From contig OZ246958.1 of the NCBI GenBank assembly GCA_965232115.1, positions 52,481 through 116,480 of the forward strand: a DNA stretch of 64,000 nt, read 5' to 3'. The position numbers and the translations under genes are program-made. Below the pieces are notes generated by a model. The model ran no database searches and was not told the DNA's origin. It saw only the letters and a list, made by a program, of their open reading frames with translations. This DNA comes from Candidatus Poribacteria bacterium. GTDB taxonomy: Bacteria; Poribacteria; WGA-4E; WGA-3G. Below, piece by piece: positions 53,381 through 62,071 of the stretch. Position 1 is the stretch's first letter, and each line of letters begins with the position of its first letter.

Positions 53381-55153
53381 ATGCAGCAAGCCGTGCTGAC
53401 ACGTGCGGAAGAGATCGCCAAAGGTCTCTATCCACATCAGATAGAAGGAGTCGCCTTCCTGCTGGGTCGCCAGCGTGCACTCCTTGCCGATGATATGGGA
53501 CTCGGGAAGACCCGACAATCCGTCATCGCAATGGTTGAGGCAGAAGCAGAAGGCCCGTATCTTGTGATTTGTCCTGCCTCTGTCAAACGGAACTGGTCAC
53601 GTGAAATCCAACTCGTTCTCCCGAAAGCCGAACCCACCATCGTCGGACCTGGACCCCTCCCTTCAACCGACTGCCGAGATTGGGTCATTATCAATTATGA
53701 AATTCTTGGTAAACATCTCGAAGGACTGCTCGCCTTTGAATGGAAAGGCGTTGTCTTTGATGAAGCGCACTACTTGAAAAATCACCAGAGCAAACGCAGT
53801 CGGAACGCCGCCAAATTGGTGAAATCCATTCAGCATGAACCGATCGTCCACGCGCTAACCGGTACGCCGATGACTAACCGGCCTCGCGACCTTTTCCCGC
53901 TCTTACAATTGATGAATCATCCGTTGGGTAAAAGCTTCCTCAGCTTCGCCAAACGCTATTGTGATGCTTATCAGGGAGCATACGGACTCGTGGCAGACGG
54001 CGCAAGCAATATTGAGGAATTAACCGTTCAACTCCACGGGGTGATGCTGCGCCGGACCAAAAACGAGGTGTTAGATCTCCCACCCAAAGTCCGAACATGG
54101 CTGGATGTCGAGCTCCATCCCTACGCGGTTCAACACTTCAATAACGCGGTCCGAGAGTTCTTGACGAAATTTGACGCGCCTGAACCCATTGAAGATGTAA
54201 CAGAAAATACGGAGCGTCGGCAGGCGGTTGGTCGGTTGACGACAGCCCGCCGAAAACTCGCCTTTGCCAAGTGCAGGCAGACCATTAAGTTCGTCGAAAA
54301 CGCCTTGGAACAGGGAGAAAAGGTTATTCTGTTTACCGCTTTCCTCAATACGTTGGAGCGTTTTCACAAGCATTTCGGTGACCAAGCCGTCTACGTCTCA
54401 GGTGAGGTGCCAGCAGAGGAACGGCAAAACTGTGTGGATCGGTTTCAAAACGATGAAAACGTTAGACTCTTCATTGCCAATATGCACGTTGCAGGTGTAG
54501 GCATCAATCTAACGGCTGGGCGGCAGGTCGTCTTCAACGATTTAGACTGGGTACCAGCGAACCATTGGCAGGCAGAGGATCGCGCCTATCGTATCGGGCA
54601 GACTGGGACCGTTAACGTCACCTATATGATTGCACGTGGCACAGTAGACGAATTCGTCAAGACTGTGTTAGAAACGAAAGCCTCACTGATGGATGCCCTC
54701 GTTGAAGGCACGTTGTTAATATCTGACGCAGATGGTGCGCTTCAACCCGATGTTCTCAGTGAACTTAAGCGGATGATGAACGCGCTCTCTGTTGATACCG
54801 ACGCGGTCGAGGAATCGCAGCTGCTGAATGTCCTCCAAAAAGCGAGTGATGCTTATCTTGAAGAGAACGCTGCACACCTCAATGAAGCGACTCGTAAACA
54901 ACTGCGTCCGTATTCCGAAGAAGCTATCCGCACCCTCGCGCAAGTCCTCGCCGGTCCTGAGCGGAGCACCTATCATGCCGAGAGTTCGTCCCAAAAAGGT
55001 AAGTTTTATACGCTGGAAGTGGTCGGCGTAGATGTGACGTGTGATTGTCCGGGGTTCACACACCGCGGTAGTTGCCGACACGTCCGTCCTCTGAAATCCG
55101 CACTTGTCGCAGGGAAACCGCTGCCGAAAGGCTATAAGCAAGTTCCATCCTAA
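53381..55153 (+). CDS. SNF2-family helicase with a C-terminal SWIM zinc finger
   Basis: Motifs LYPHQ..GV.FL, DDMGLGKT and DEAHYLKN, helicase C motifs, C-terminal CDCPGF...GSCRH (CxCxnCxH). Confidence 0.85.
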   Translation: MQQAVLTRAEEIAKGLYPHQIEGVAFLLGRQRALLADDMGLGKTRQSVIAMVEAEAEGPYLVICPASVKRNWSREIQLVLPKAEPTIVGPGPLPSTDCRDWVIINYEILGKHLEGLLAFEWKGVVFDEAHYLKNHQSKRSRNAAKLVKSIQHEPIVHALTGTPMTNRPRDLFPLLQLMNHPLGKSFLSFAKRYCDAYQGAYGLVADGASNIEELTVQLHGVMLRRTKNEVLDLPPKVRTWLDVELHPYAVQHFNNAVREFLTKFDAPEPIEDVTENTERRQAVGRLTTARRKLAFAKCRQTIKFVENALEQGEKVILFTAFLNTLERFHKHFGDQAVYVSGEVPAEERQNCVDRFQNDENVRLFIANMHVAGVGINLTAGRQVVFNDLDWVPANHWQAEDRAYRIGQTGTVNVTYMIARGTVDEFVKTVLETKASLMDALVEGTLLISDADGALQPDVLSELKRMMNALSVDTDAVEESQLLNVLQKASDAYLEENAAHLNEATRKQLRPYSEEAIRTLAQVLAGPERSTYHAESSSQKGKFYTLEVVGVDVTCDCPGFTHRGSCRHVRPLKSALVAGKPLPKGYKQVPS

Positions 55154-55223
55154 GTAACTTAGTCATTTTTGATGAACAGCTCTCTTTTTTCGTTGTTCTC
55201 TCTTTTTGTTCCAAATTTTCTGC

Positions 55224-55252
55224 TTGACATCTACCTAAAAATTCGCTAAAAT
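55224..55252 (+). promoter_or_regulatory. Consensus sigma70 promoter TTGACA - 17 nt - TAAAAT
   Basis: Read directly. 30 nt upstream of the LamG start. CTTGACATCTA is shared with the promoter at 63616. Confidence 0.65.
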
Positions 55253-55282
55253 CAACCTAAATCAACACACGGAGGCGGACCG

Positions 55283-56068
55283 ATGAAACTAACTATAAGC
55301 GTAATCGTCTTGCTCTGTTGCCTGTTACCGATAGCAACGCAGGCAGAACTACCCCTTGATGACCTTGCTCTCTATATGTCCTTTGACGACATCCAAGGCA
55401 ACACAGTTATGGACGGTTCAGAGAATGGAAATGACGGCACGATTATGAAGGCATCCGTTGCAAAAGGTAAAGGGAAGTATGGCGATGCCATGGAATTCGA
55501 AGGTGGAGATAACCATGTCTTGATTAAGAGCTCAAACTCGCTCTCAATTGCGGATGAAGTCACGATTTCCGCGTGGGTCAACTGGAACGATGCACCTGGC
55601 AACGGTTGGTTGTGCATCATGGCAAACGGATCACAAGGCGGACCGTGGGAAAACTACGGACTCTTTGTTAACCGTGGCAGTCGCTACTTCTATTTTACGC
55701 TCTCTATAGGTGGCGAAGGTGCACACGTGGTGATGAATTCTGGCAACGGTACGACTGAACCTGAAAAATGGACCCACTGTGTCTGTGTCTATGATGGCAA
55801 AGACGCTAGCATCTATATTGACGGTGATCTGATAAATTCAGCACCGCATGGCGGCAAATTGGTTGCCGGAGATCAGGATTTGCGGCTCGGTCACCGCGGC
55901 GGAAGCGGACACTGGTATAACGGCTTACTTGATGATGTCGCTGTGTTCTCAGTCGCCTTAGATGAGGATCAGGTTAAAGAAGCGAGCGGTAGCATTGAAG
56001 AAGCACTTGCTGTTCAGGCGCGTGGTAAACTGACAACCGCCTGGGGCAAAATGAAGATAGGAAAATAG
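55283..56068 (+). CDS. Secreted LamG domain protein (paralogue of 26634-27416)
   Basis: Signal peptide. Motifs DGSENGNDG and LLDDVAVF. C-terminal GKLTTAWGKMK tail. Confidence 0.75.
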   Translation: MKLTISVIVLLCCLLPIATQAELPLDDLALYMSFDDIQGNTVMDGSENGNDGTIMKASVAKGKGKYGDAMEFEGGDNHVLIKSSNSLSIADEVTISAWVNWNDAPGNGWLCIMANGSQGGPWENYGLFVNRGSRYFYFTLSIGGEGAHVVMNSGNGTTEPEKWTHCVCVYDGKDASIYIDGDLINSAPHGGKLVAGDQDLRLGHRGGSGHWYNGLLDDVAVFSVALDEDQVKEASGSIEEALAVQARGKLTTAWGKMKIGK

Positions 56069-56083
56069 CCTGACTTCTCAGGT

Positions 56084-57013
56084 GTGGTTTGTGTTTTTTG
56101 TATGAGTGAAGTAAGAAAGATTTCTGACATAGGAAATGGACGCGGTAAACCGTATCGGAAGTTTTCGATACGGTTTCTGCTTTACTTTCTCTGTATCTTC
56201 CTATACTTTGCCTGTTCTGAAGAGGAACTGGCACAATCGCCTGAAGGCATGGTGCTGATTCCAGCGGGCACGTTCCAGATGGGTAGCACTACAGGCGATG
56301 TGGACGAAGCACCTGTACATACTGTCGAACTTGATGCGTTTTATATTGATCAACACGAAGTAACGAATGCTGAGTATAAGGCATTCGTTACTGCAACGGG
56401 ACACCCGGATCCACGAGGCATCGGTTATACTGCTGTTTACGAACGCCTCAAACACGATTACCAACCGTGGCAAGACCCGGATTTCAATCACCGGAATCAG
56501 CCTGTCACAACGGTGACATGGTTTGATGCTGTCGCCTACTGCGAATGGGCAGGTAAGCGGTTACCGACGGAAGCGGAATGGGAAAAAGCAGCACGCGGTG
56601 GCTTGGAAGGCGCGCGCTACCCTTGGGGAGACGCTGAACCTAATAACACGACTGCTAACTTCGCCGACAGTCAAACGGAATTTGAATGGCGGAGCGCAGA
56701 CGTAAACGACGGACATCTTTTCACTGCACCTGTCGGAACGTTTTCACCCAACGGCTACGGTCTATTTGACATGGCAGGAAACGTATGGGAATGGTGCGCC
56801 GATTGGTATAGCTCGACTTACTACAGCGATGCGGAAGATGTGGAGAATCCACGTAGAAATCCAAAGGGACCCGATACGGGTGAACGGCGTGTTTTGCGCG
56901 GTGGAACTTGGTATCGCGCTGCACATACCATCCGCAATGCCGAACGCATCAGTGACTACCCAGATAACAGCCTGAACGTCGTCGGTTTTCGGTGCGCGAT
57001 GGATGTTCCTTAA
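56084..57013 (+). CDS. Formylglycine-generating enzyme family protein (SUMF1/FGE-sulfatase domain), probable lipoprotein
   Basis: Motifs MVLIPAGTFQMGS, VTWFDAVAYCEWAGKRLPTEAEWEKAARGG, GNVWEWC and RVLRGG.W. The true start within the first ~10 codons is uncertain. Confidence 0.85.
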   Translation: MVCVFCMSEVRKISDIGNGRGKPYRKFSIRFLLYFLCIFLYFACSEEELAQSPEGMVLIPAGTFQMGSTTGDVDEAPVHTVELDAFYIDQHEVTNAEYKAFVTATGHPDPRGIGYTAVYERLKHDYQPWQDPDFNHRNQPVTTVTWFDAVAYCEWAGKRLPTEAEWEKAARGGLEGARYPWGDAEPNNTTANFADSQTEFEWRSADVNDGHLFTAPVGTFSPNGYGLFDMAGNVWEWCADWYSSTYYSDAEDVENPRRNPKGPDTGERRVLRGGTWYRAAHTIRNAERISDYPDNSLNVVGFRCAMDVP

Positions 57014-57057
57014 CACAACCCTCAGTCAGAAGGCGGGGATGCTTTGTCCCTCGTAGG

Positions 57058-57891
57058 TCAGTAATTTTTGATGAACAACTCTTTTCCTTTCGCGGCACTC
57101 TCCTTCCGATAATTGTTCATGCCGTATTGTAACGTCCATTCCTGAATCTCCGCAAAATCGAAGAGCTCCCTGATAACAGACGAATCGTCATAAGTAATTA
57201 GCCATCTGTGTGGACATTTCCGCATATTCTCCGCGAATTGCACGTGGTCAAACGCCGTATGCAGTTCGCCTCTCACGCCGTATAGCCTCGACTCCGTTGC
57301 TTTCCAATAAGGTGGGTCGAGAAAGATAAAAACATCTTCCCCATCGTGAAAAAGGGCATCGGTGTAATCACCATTTGTGATTTTGACCTCAGAAAGATAG
57401 GGACAGATGTTTTTCACGCGTTCAATAGAGGACGCTGTGAAACGCTTCTCGTAAGCGGATTGGGAATACCCACCGGAATCTACAATTCCAGAAAAAGTAA
57501 TGCGATTAAGCACGAAAAACCTTACGGCGCGTTGAAACTCGCAGAGCATGTCCCGATTCTGGTTCAGTTTATCTTTTGACTCTGTTAGTTTCTGAAATAA
57601 AGCGCGGCCGTCTGTAGCAGCCGTGTGTGTTTCTGTGAGTGTTTCAATCAAGTCTGGCGCGTTGTCTCGGACCTGTTTCCAGAAGCAGAAAAGATCGTAG
57701 TTGAGATCGTTAATCCAGTAGGACTTGATGCGATTCTGAAAGAGGCTACGGATTGCAAAAAAGACAGAACCACCACCGACAAAAGGCTCGCGAAATTCGG
57801 ATATATTCATCGGAATCAGCGGCAGAATTTGTTTCAATGCCCTTGATTTACCGCCGGGGTATCGGAGTGGACTTTTTGCCAATTTAGTCAT
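57058..57891 (-). CDS. Dam-like (D12 class) N6-adenine DNA methyltransferase
   Basis: Motifs LRYPGGKS, EPFVGGGSVFF and FLDPPYW. Overlaps the upstream endonuclease gene by 8 nt. Confidence 0.85.
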   Translation of the reverse strand: MTKLAKSPLRYPGGKSRALKQILPLIPMNISEFREPFVGGGSVFFAIRSLFQNRIKSYWINDLNYDLFCFWKQVRDNAPDLIETLTETHTAATDGRALFQKLTESKDKLNQNRDMLCEFQRAVRFFVLNRITFSGIVDSGGYSQSAYEKRFTASSIERVKNICPYLSEVKITNGDYTDALFHDGEDVFIFLDPPYWKATESRLYGVRGELHTAFDHVQFAENMRKCPHRWLITYDDSSVIRELFDFAEIQEWTLQYGMNNYRKESAAKGKELFIKNY

Positions 57892-59029
57892 GACGACCCG
57901 TTATCCATATTTGTAGTTTGTGATTTTGACTCGCTTCTTGATTAAGCAAAATGAGTCTCTTTTGATAAGTCTGGGTTAAGCGGTTTTGTACAGAAAAATT
58001 AAATACATCCTCTGTGGAACAAGGGAAAAATAGATTACCCGTAAAATCACCTGTTAGCTTTAATCGGGTCATAAACTGTGCATTTCCCTTCCCATCAACT
58101 GTCACTTCTTCCATATTCGCAAAGAGGATCAGTTTAAACAAACCATCTTTGATGTCATTTTCAGATGGAAATTTTCCGGTACTACTATTCTTGGATTCTT
58201 GTATGACTAATTGGGCACCCTCCCAATAAATCTCATCAGCGGTTAAATAATACTGTCCGCCGAGATAGTTTGAAATTTGGAAAACACCTTTCGTATTTTC
58301 TTCGAGGGACTCTAAGACATGTGTCGTTACAGATTCCCTGTGGGCAGCTTCATACGAGCGCGGAAGAGTTGCCTCTTTGAAAGATGCTAAACTAAAACGA
58401 CCATCTGCCTTAAATTTTTCAAGCGTCTGCAAGTGGTTTTTCGGACTGTGAACAGCAACGTTTTCCTTCCGAGATATTTTCTTGTATCCATCAACTGCGT
58501 TTAGATAAATTGCCTCGAAGTCTTTCTCAAAGTGTGTAGTGTTCCAGTGTAACGCTGTCATCTGATATTGACTTATTTCAACCAATTTTTCACGCACGCT
58601 TTCAACGTTCAGAATCTGATTGGTAATTCGGTCGGTCGTCCCAGGTTTCCTTTCCGCATCTTCGTACCATGCTAAGACGATGTAAATGTTCAACAGATTC
58701 ATCCATGAAAATGTAATGAAATTAATCCTGTCATTGTTTAGGGTCCCAGCTCCCTCATCTTTGATGATTGGAATAATTGTAACTTTTTTTGTATTGAAAT
58801 GAAACGTGTTATAAATCCTTGCAAAAGGATAGGTGCGCGTTCGTTTAGGTGAAACCCATTTTGAAAAGGCGAGATTATTCCCTGGTGTGCCCAAATCAAT
58901 CAGTCCGGACGCCTGCACTTCGTTCACATCAAATTGTGCTATATTATATTCTGTAAATTTCTCTGGATTGAGAGAGGGTCTGTATTTCACATCTCTTATG
59001 AAACCTTTTAAATAGAGGGTCGCCATCAA
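57884..59029 (-). CDS. Putative type II restriction endonuclease (PD-(D/E)xK)
   Basis: 381 aa with no recognisable family. C-terminal half has ...TADEIYWEGAQLVIQESK (D...ExK). Translationally coupled to the MTase. Confidence 0.5.
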   Translation of the reverse strand: MMATLYLKGFIRDVKYRPSLNPEKFTEYNIAQFDVNEVQASGLIDLGTPGNNLAFSKWVSPKRTRTYPFARIYNTFHFNTKKVTIIPIIKDEGAGTLNNDRINFITFSWMNLLNIYIVLAWYEDAERKPGTTDRITNQILNVESVREKLVEISQYQMTALHWNTTHFEKDFEAIYLNAVDGYKKISRKENVAVHSPKNHLQTLEKFKADGRFSLASFKEATLPRSYEAAHRESVTTHVLESLEENTKGVFQISNYLGGQYYLTADEIYWEGAQLVIQESKNSSTGKFPSENDIKDGLFKLILFANMEEVTVDGKGNAQFMTRLKLTGDFTGNLFFPCSTEDVFNFSVQNRLTQTYQKRLILLNQEASQNHKLQIWITGRHD

Positions 59030-59087
59030 ATGCCTCCACGCAAAAATTCATGGGTGTTCATTCTAAAGTCCTCTTACTATTTTTTTA

Positions 59088-59116
59088 AGTATAGCATGCC
59101 TTACTTTCACTTTCAA
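59088..59116 (-). promoter_or_regulatory. Sigma70 promoter TTGAAA - 17 nt - TATACT for the R-M operon
   Basis: Minus strand: -35 at 59116-59111 and -10 at 59093-59088. A GGAGG RBS lies before the ATG at 59029. Confidence 0.55.
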
Positions 59117-59166
59117 GATGCTGCCAGAAATATCCGATAGAAATTCGCGATTCCTTAACCTTAAAC

Positions 59167-59196
59167 TTGACATGCTTACAAGATTAATGCTATACT
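59167..59196 (+). promoter_or_regulatory. Sigma70 promoter TTGACA - 18 nt - TATACT for the SIR2/pAgo operon
   Basis: Read directly. Divergent from the R-M promoter. Confidence 0.55.
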
Positions 59197-59305
59197 TGCT
59201 TTTAAGAATGATCAGTTTAAGTAGGCTGGTTTGAATCTCTAAAGCTCTTCAAAACACGAGGTTGCAGCCCGAGCATTTATCACGCTAACCTGAGAGGACA
59301 ACATT

Positions 59306-62071
59306 TTGGCACTTCAAATAGCAAATATTGGACGTTTATGTTCGCTATTAATCCGGGGACCAGAGCCAATTTTTCTGTTGGGTGCAGGGACTTCTGTGAA
59401 ATCCGGCATCCCGCTTGCTGGTGAAATGGTTGAAAAAATGGCAAGATGGAGATATTGTCTTGAAAACGGCTTGGATCCGGAAGATCTAAGCCTTCGGCGT
59501 AGCGACTGGTACCCGTGGTTAAAAATGCAGAAGTGGTATTCCGAGGATGGGGAACGAGCAGATAACTATCCTGATGCTATAGAAAATATTCTTCAACCAC
59601 GTCAAACACGAAAAGATTTCTTTTTGGAGATGCTGAACACACAGGTCGAACCGAGCAGTGGGTACAAACATATTACAGAACTTATGGCAAGGAAACGCAT
59701 TCATACTGTCCTCACCACAAACTTTGATACAATTTTGCCAAAGGTTTGCAAGGACAATAAGCAACTTCATCATCTGGAGATCATCCAGACAAAATCTGAC
59801 TATACAAAATTATCAACGAGTCCACAATATCCGCAAATTATTTACCTACACGGTTCTGTCGAACATTACACGGACAAAAACACCATTACTGAAGTAAATG
59901 AGGAACTTGAATCAGATCTTGTCTCAAGATTACTGCCGCTTTTGAGAGATCATCCGTTGATCGTGATAGGGTATCGGGGGGCGGAACCTTCTGTCATGGA
60001 ACATCTTCTCATCAATCACGCCGAGGCAGCAGACAACTATCGAAATGGAATCTATTGGTGCACACGGAACTATAAGGAAAATCGGGACGACAGTTTAACT
60101 CACTTAGTGCATAAACTTGCTGAAAAAATCCAAGGAAACCTTCAGGTCGTCCCCATTGATGGATTTGACGAAGTGATGGCTGCCCTATGGCAGTACATTC
60201 GTAAGCACGAACCGGATTATCATCAAACGCAAATCACAGCAGTTTCTGAACCATCACCAGAACTCCCATACGATTTAAAGATGCTCACTGAATCCAGTCT
60301 TGACGATTTTGACTGGCCGTCCATGAGAGTTCGGCTTTTACAGTACTGCGACAGGACAGGTATCCGAGTGCCTCCCGTTAGGGACAACAATTGGTTTCTT
60401 CAGCTATTGTGTGATCGAGATCTCGCTACACGTAGAAAAGAAGAAGATATTTTTCCTACGGTTGGAGGCTACTTACTCTTTGCCGATATACCGCAGAACC
60501 ATATCCAAACCGCTCAAGTTATCGTTCGCTTAAAAGGAGATCCGCAGTGGATTGAAAACAATTTTGATGTTTCAGATGATGCTGAATCGGACGGAGAAAA
60601 GATAAAGGAAGTAATTGAGGGAAACCTGTGGATGCAGCTTGACGTAATATATGAGTTATTCTCTCGCGTCAATCGATCATTTCTGCTAAAGGAAGGACGC
60701 TACTCAAAATATGTGTACCCCTATCCTCCGAATGCCTTACGGGAAATAGTTGTCAACGCTCTCGTTCACCGTGACTACGAGAAAAACGAGCCAATCTTGA
60801 TAGAGATTGCGGAAACCTATATTCGTGTACGTAACCCGGGGGGATTGGTTGAGGATGTAATAGAGCAGATGATAGGTACATCTCAAGAGGAGATAAAAAA
60901 CGTGTTTGAAACAGAAATCAAAAAGGGGACACGCGGCATTCGCGGCTATCGGAACCCTGTTGTGGCCGACTTGTTCTATGGTGCAGAAGAAATGGAGAAG
61001 GCCGGTTCAGGGCTAGCAGATGTATGGCAGGAAAGCGAGAAAAACAAAAATGAAGTGAACTTTGGTCCTATTGATAACAACACAACTTTTGAGATAACGA
61101 TCTCCCGCCGCCCGGAAGTTGTGGACACGATTACGGGAACTGCCTCTAGTAGCGATAATTTCACTCGTTACGCCAGCAATCTCCTCGAGGTGGTTAGCCT
61201 CCCTACTGCCATTTGGCACGCTAGAACCAATATGTGGAAAGCAAAGGAGGTATGGGAAAAAACTGGTGCAGATTGGTTACCTCCATTTGTGACTCATAGT
61301 GGACAAATTTTCACGTTCCGTGATCTTTCAACATCGGCTAATCCGCTCTATGCTGTGATCGACACCAACGATATAGGAAAGATGACTGTTGAGGAATTCA
61401 CCGATGCTTATGGAGAACGGCGTTTCGTGTGGATCCTCAACGAATGTTTTTATAGGCACCTTGAAGCGCAAGGACTCTGGGTCGATAAAGACCGTATGCG
61501 CGCATATTTTCCTCGAACTGACGAGGGACATCGAAGAATCAAGTACCAAGCACGTTTGCGTCGGGCAACCCGGACAGTAGTGAAACAGATAAAGAACTAT
61601 TGGGAGCATAAGTCCTTTCGGTTTCGGTTTGAACGATTTGGTGATGTTTGGACGCTTGTTATGCTGCCGGGATACGTTTTCACAACCGATGGTAAATCAG
61701 ATCTTCTGGAAGGAAAGGAAGTTAACAGGCTTTCTACAAAGCGTGAAGGACGAGACTACAATAATGTTGTCCACAATGACCTTGTGTTCTGGACGTGGGT
61801 GCTTTCGGGGGGAAAACACAGTATCTTTGTACTTAATACAGATCCAATGAGCACTCAAATTGACGTGATTTCACCAGACAAGATTCACAAACAGAACGGA
61901 AATCAGATTCGTATCAGATCAAACTTATCAGCGACAGTTGCGCCTGACTTCGGAGATGATGCATGGGGCATAAAACAGGTTGAGAAATTGGAGGAAAACC
62001 AATTAGCACAGTTGGAGTCAGAATTTTCACAGGCGGTTTCGCAATTGGAGAAGATAGAAGATGTTGATTGA
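59306..62071 (+). CDS. SIR2-like domain protein with a central Schlafen/AlbA_2-like + HATPase_c_4 (RecG-C-like) module and a ~300-aa C-terminal region of APAZ size
   Basis: TTG start after GAGAGGA. N-terminal SIR2_2 motifs FLLGAGTSVKSGIP, TTNFD and YLHGS. Central TVGGYLLFAD and REIVVNALVHRDY...IRVRNPGGL...YRNPVVADLF. C-terminus unassigned. Confidence 0.7.
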   Translation: MALQIANIGRLCSLLIRGPEPIFLLGAGTSVKSGIPLAGEMVEKMARWRYCLENGLDPEDLSLRRSDWYPWLKMQKWYSEDGERADNYPDAIENILQPRQTRKDFFLEMLNTQVEPSSGYKHITELMARKRIHTVLTTNFDTILPKVCKDNKQLHHLEIIQTKSDYTKLSTSPQYPQIIYLHGSVEHYTDKNTITEVNEELESDLVSRLLPLLRDHPLIVIGYRGAEPSVMEHLLINHAEAADNYRNGIYWCTRNYKENRDDSLTHLVHKLAEKIQGNLQVVPIDGFDEVMAALWQYIRKHEPDYHQTQITAVSEPSPELPYDLKMLTESSLDDFDWPSMRVRLLQYCDRTGIRVPPVRDNNWFLQLLCDRDLATRRKEEDIFPTVGGYLLFADIPQNHIQTAQVIVRLKGDPQWIENNFDVSDDAESDGEKIKEVIEGNLWMQLDVIYELFSRVNRSFLLKEGRYSKYVYPYPPNALREIVVNALVHRDYEKNEPILIEIAETYIRVRNPGGLVEDVIEQMIGTSQEEIKNVFETEIKKGTRGIRGYRNPVVADLFYGAEEMEKAGSGLADVWQESEKNKNEVNFGPIDNNTTFEITISRRPEVVDTITGTASSSDNFTRYASNLLEVVSLPTAIWHARTNMWKAKEVWEKTGADWLPPFVTHSGQIFTFRDLSTSANPLYAVIDTNDIGKMTVEEFTDAYGERRFVWILNECFYRHLEAQGLWVDKDRMRAYFPRTDEGHRRIKYQARLRRATRTVVKQIKNYWEHKSFRFRFERFGDVWTLVMLPGYVFTTDGKSDLLEGKEVNRLSTKREGRDYNNVVHNDLVFWTWVLSGGKHSIFVLNTDPMSTQIDVISPDKIHKQNGNQIRIRSNLSATVAPDFGDDAWGIKQVEKLEENQLAQLESEFSQAVSQLEKIEDVD

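Noticed and set aside
50566-59029. Assignment of the Dcm / SNF2 / Dam-like genes to DISARM or BREX
   Set aside because: The hallmark partners are absent: DrmA/DrmB (DUF1998) and a PLD nuclease for DISARM, and PglZ, BrxC and PglX for BREX. The genes are also interrupted by unrelated secreted-protein genes.
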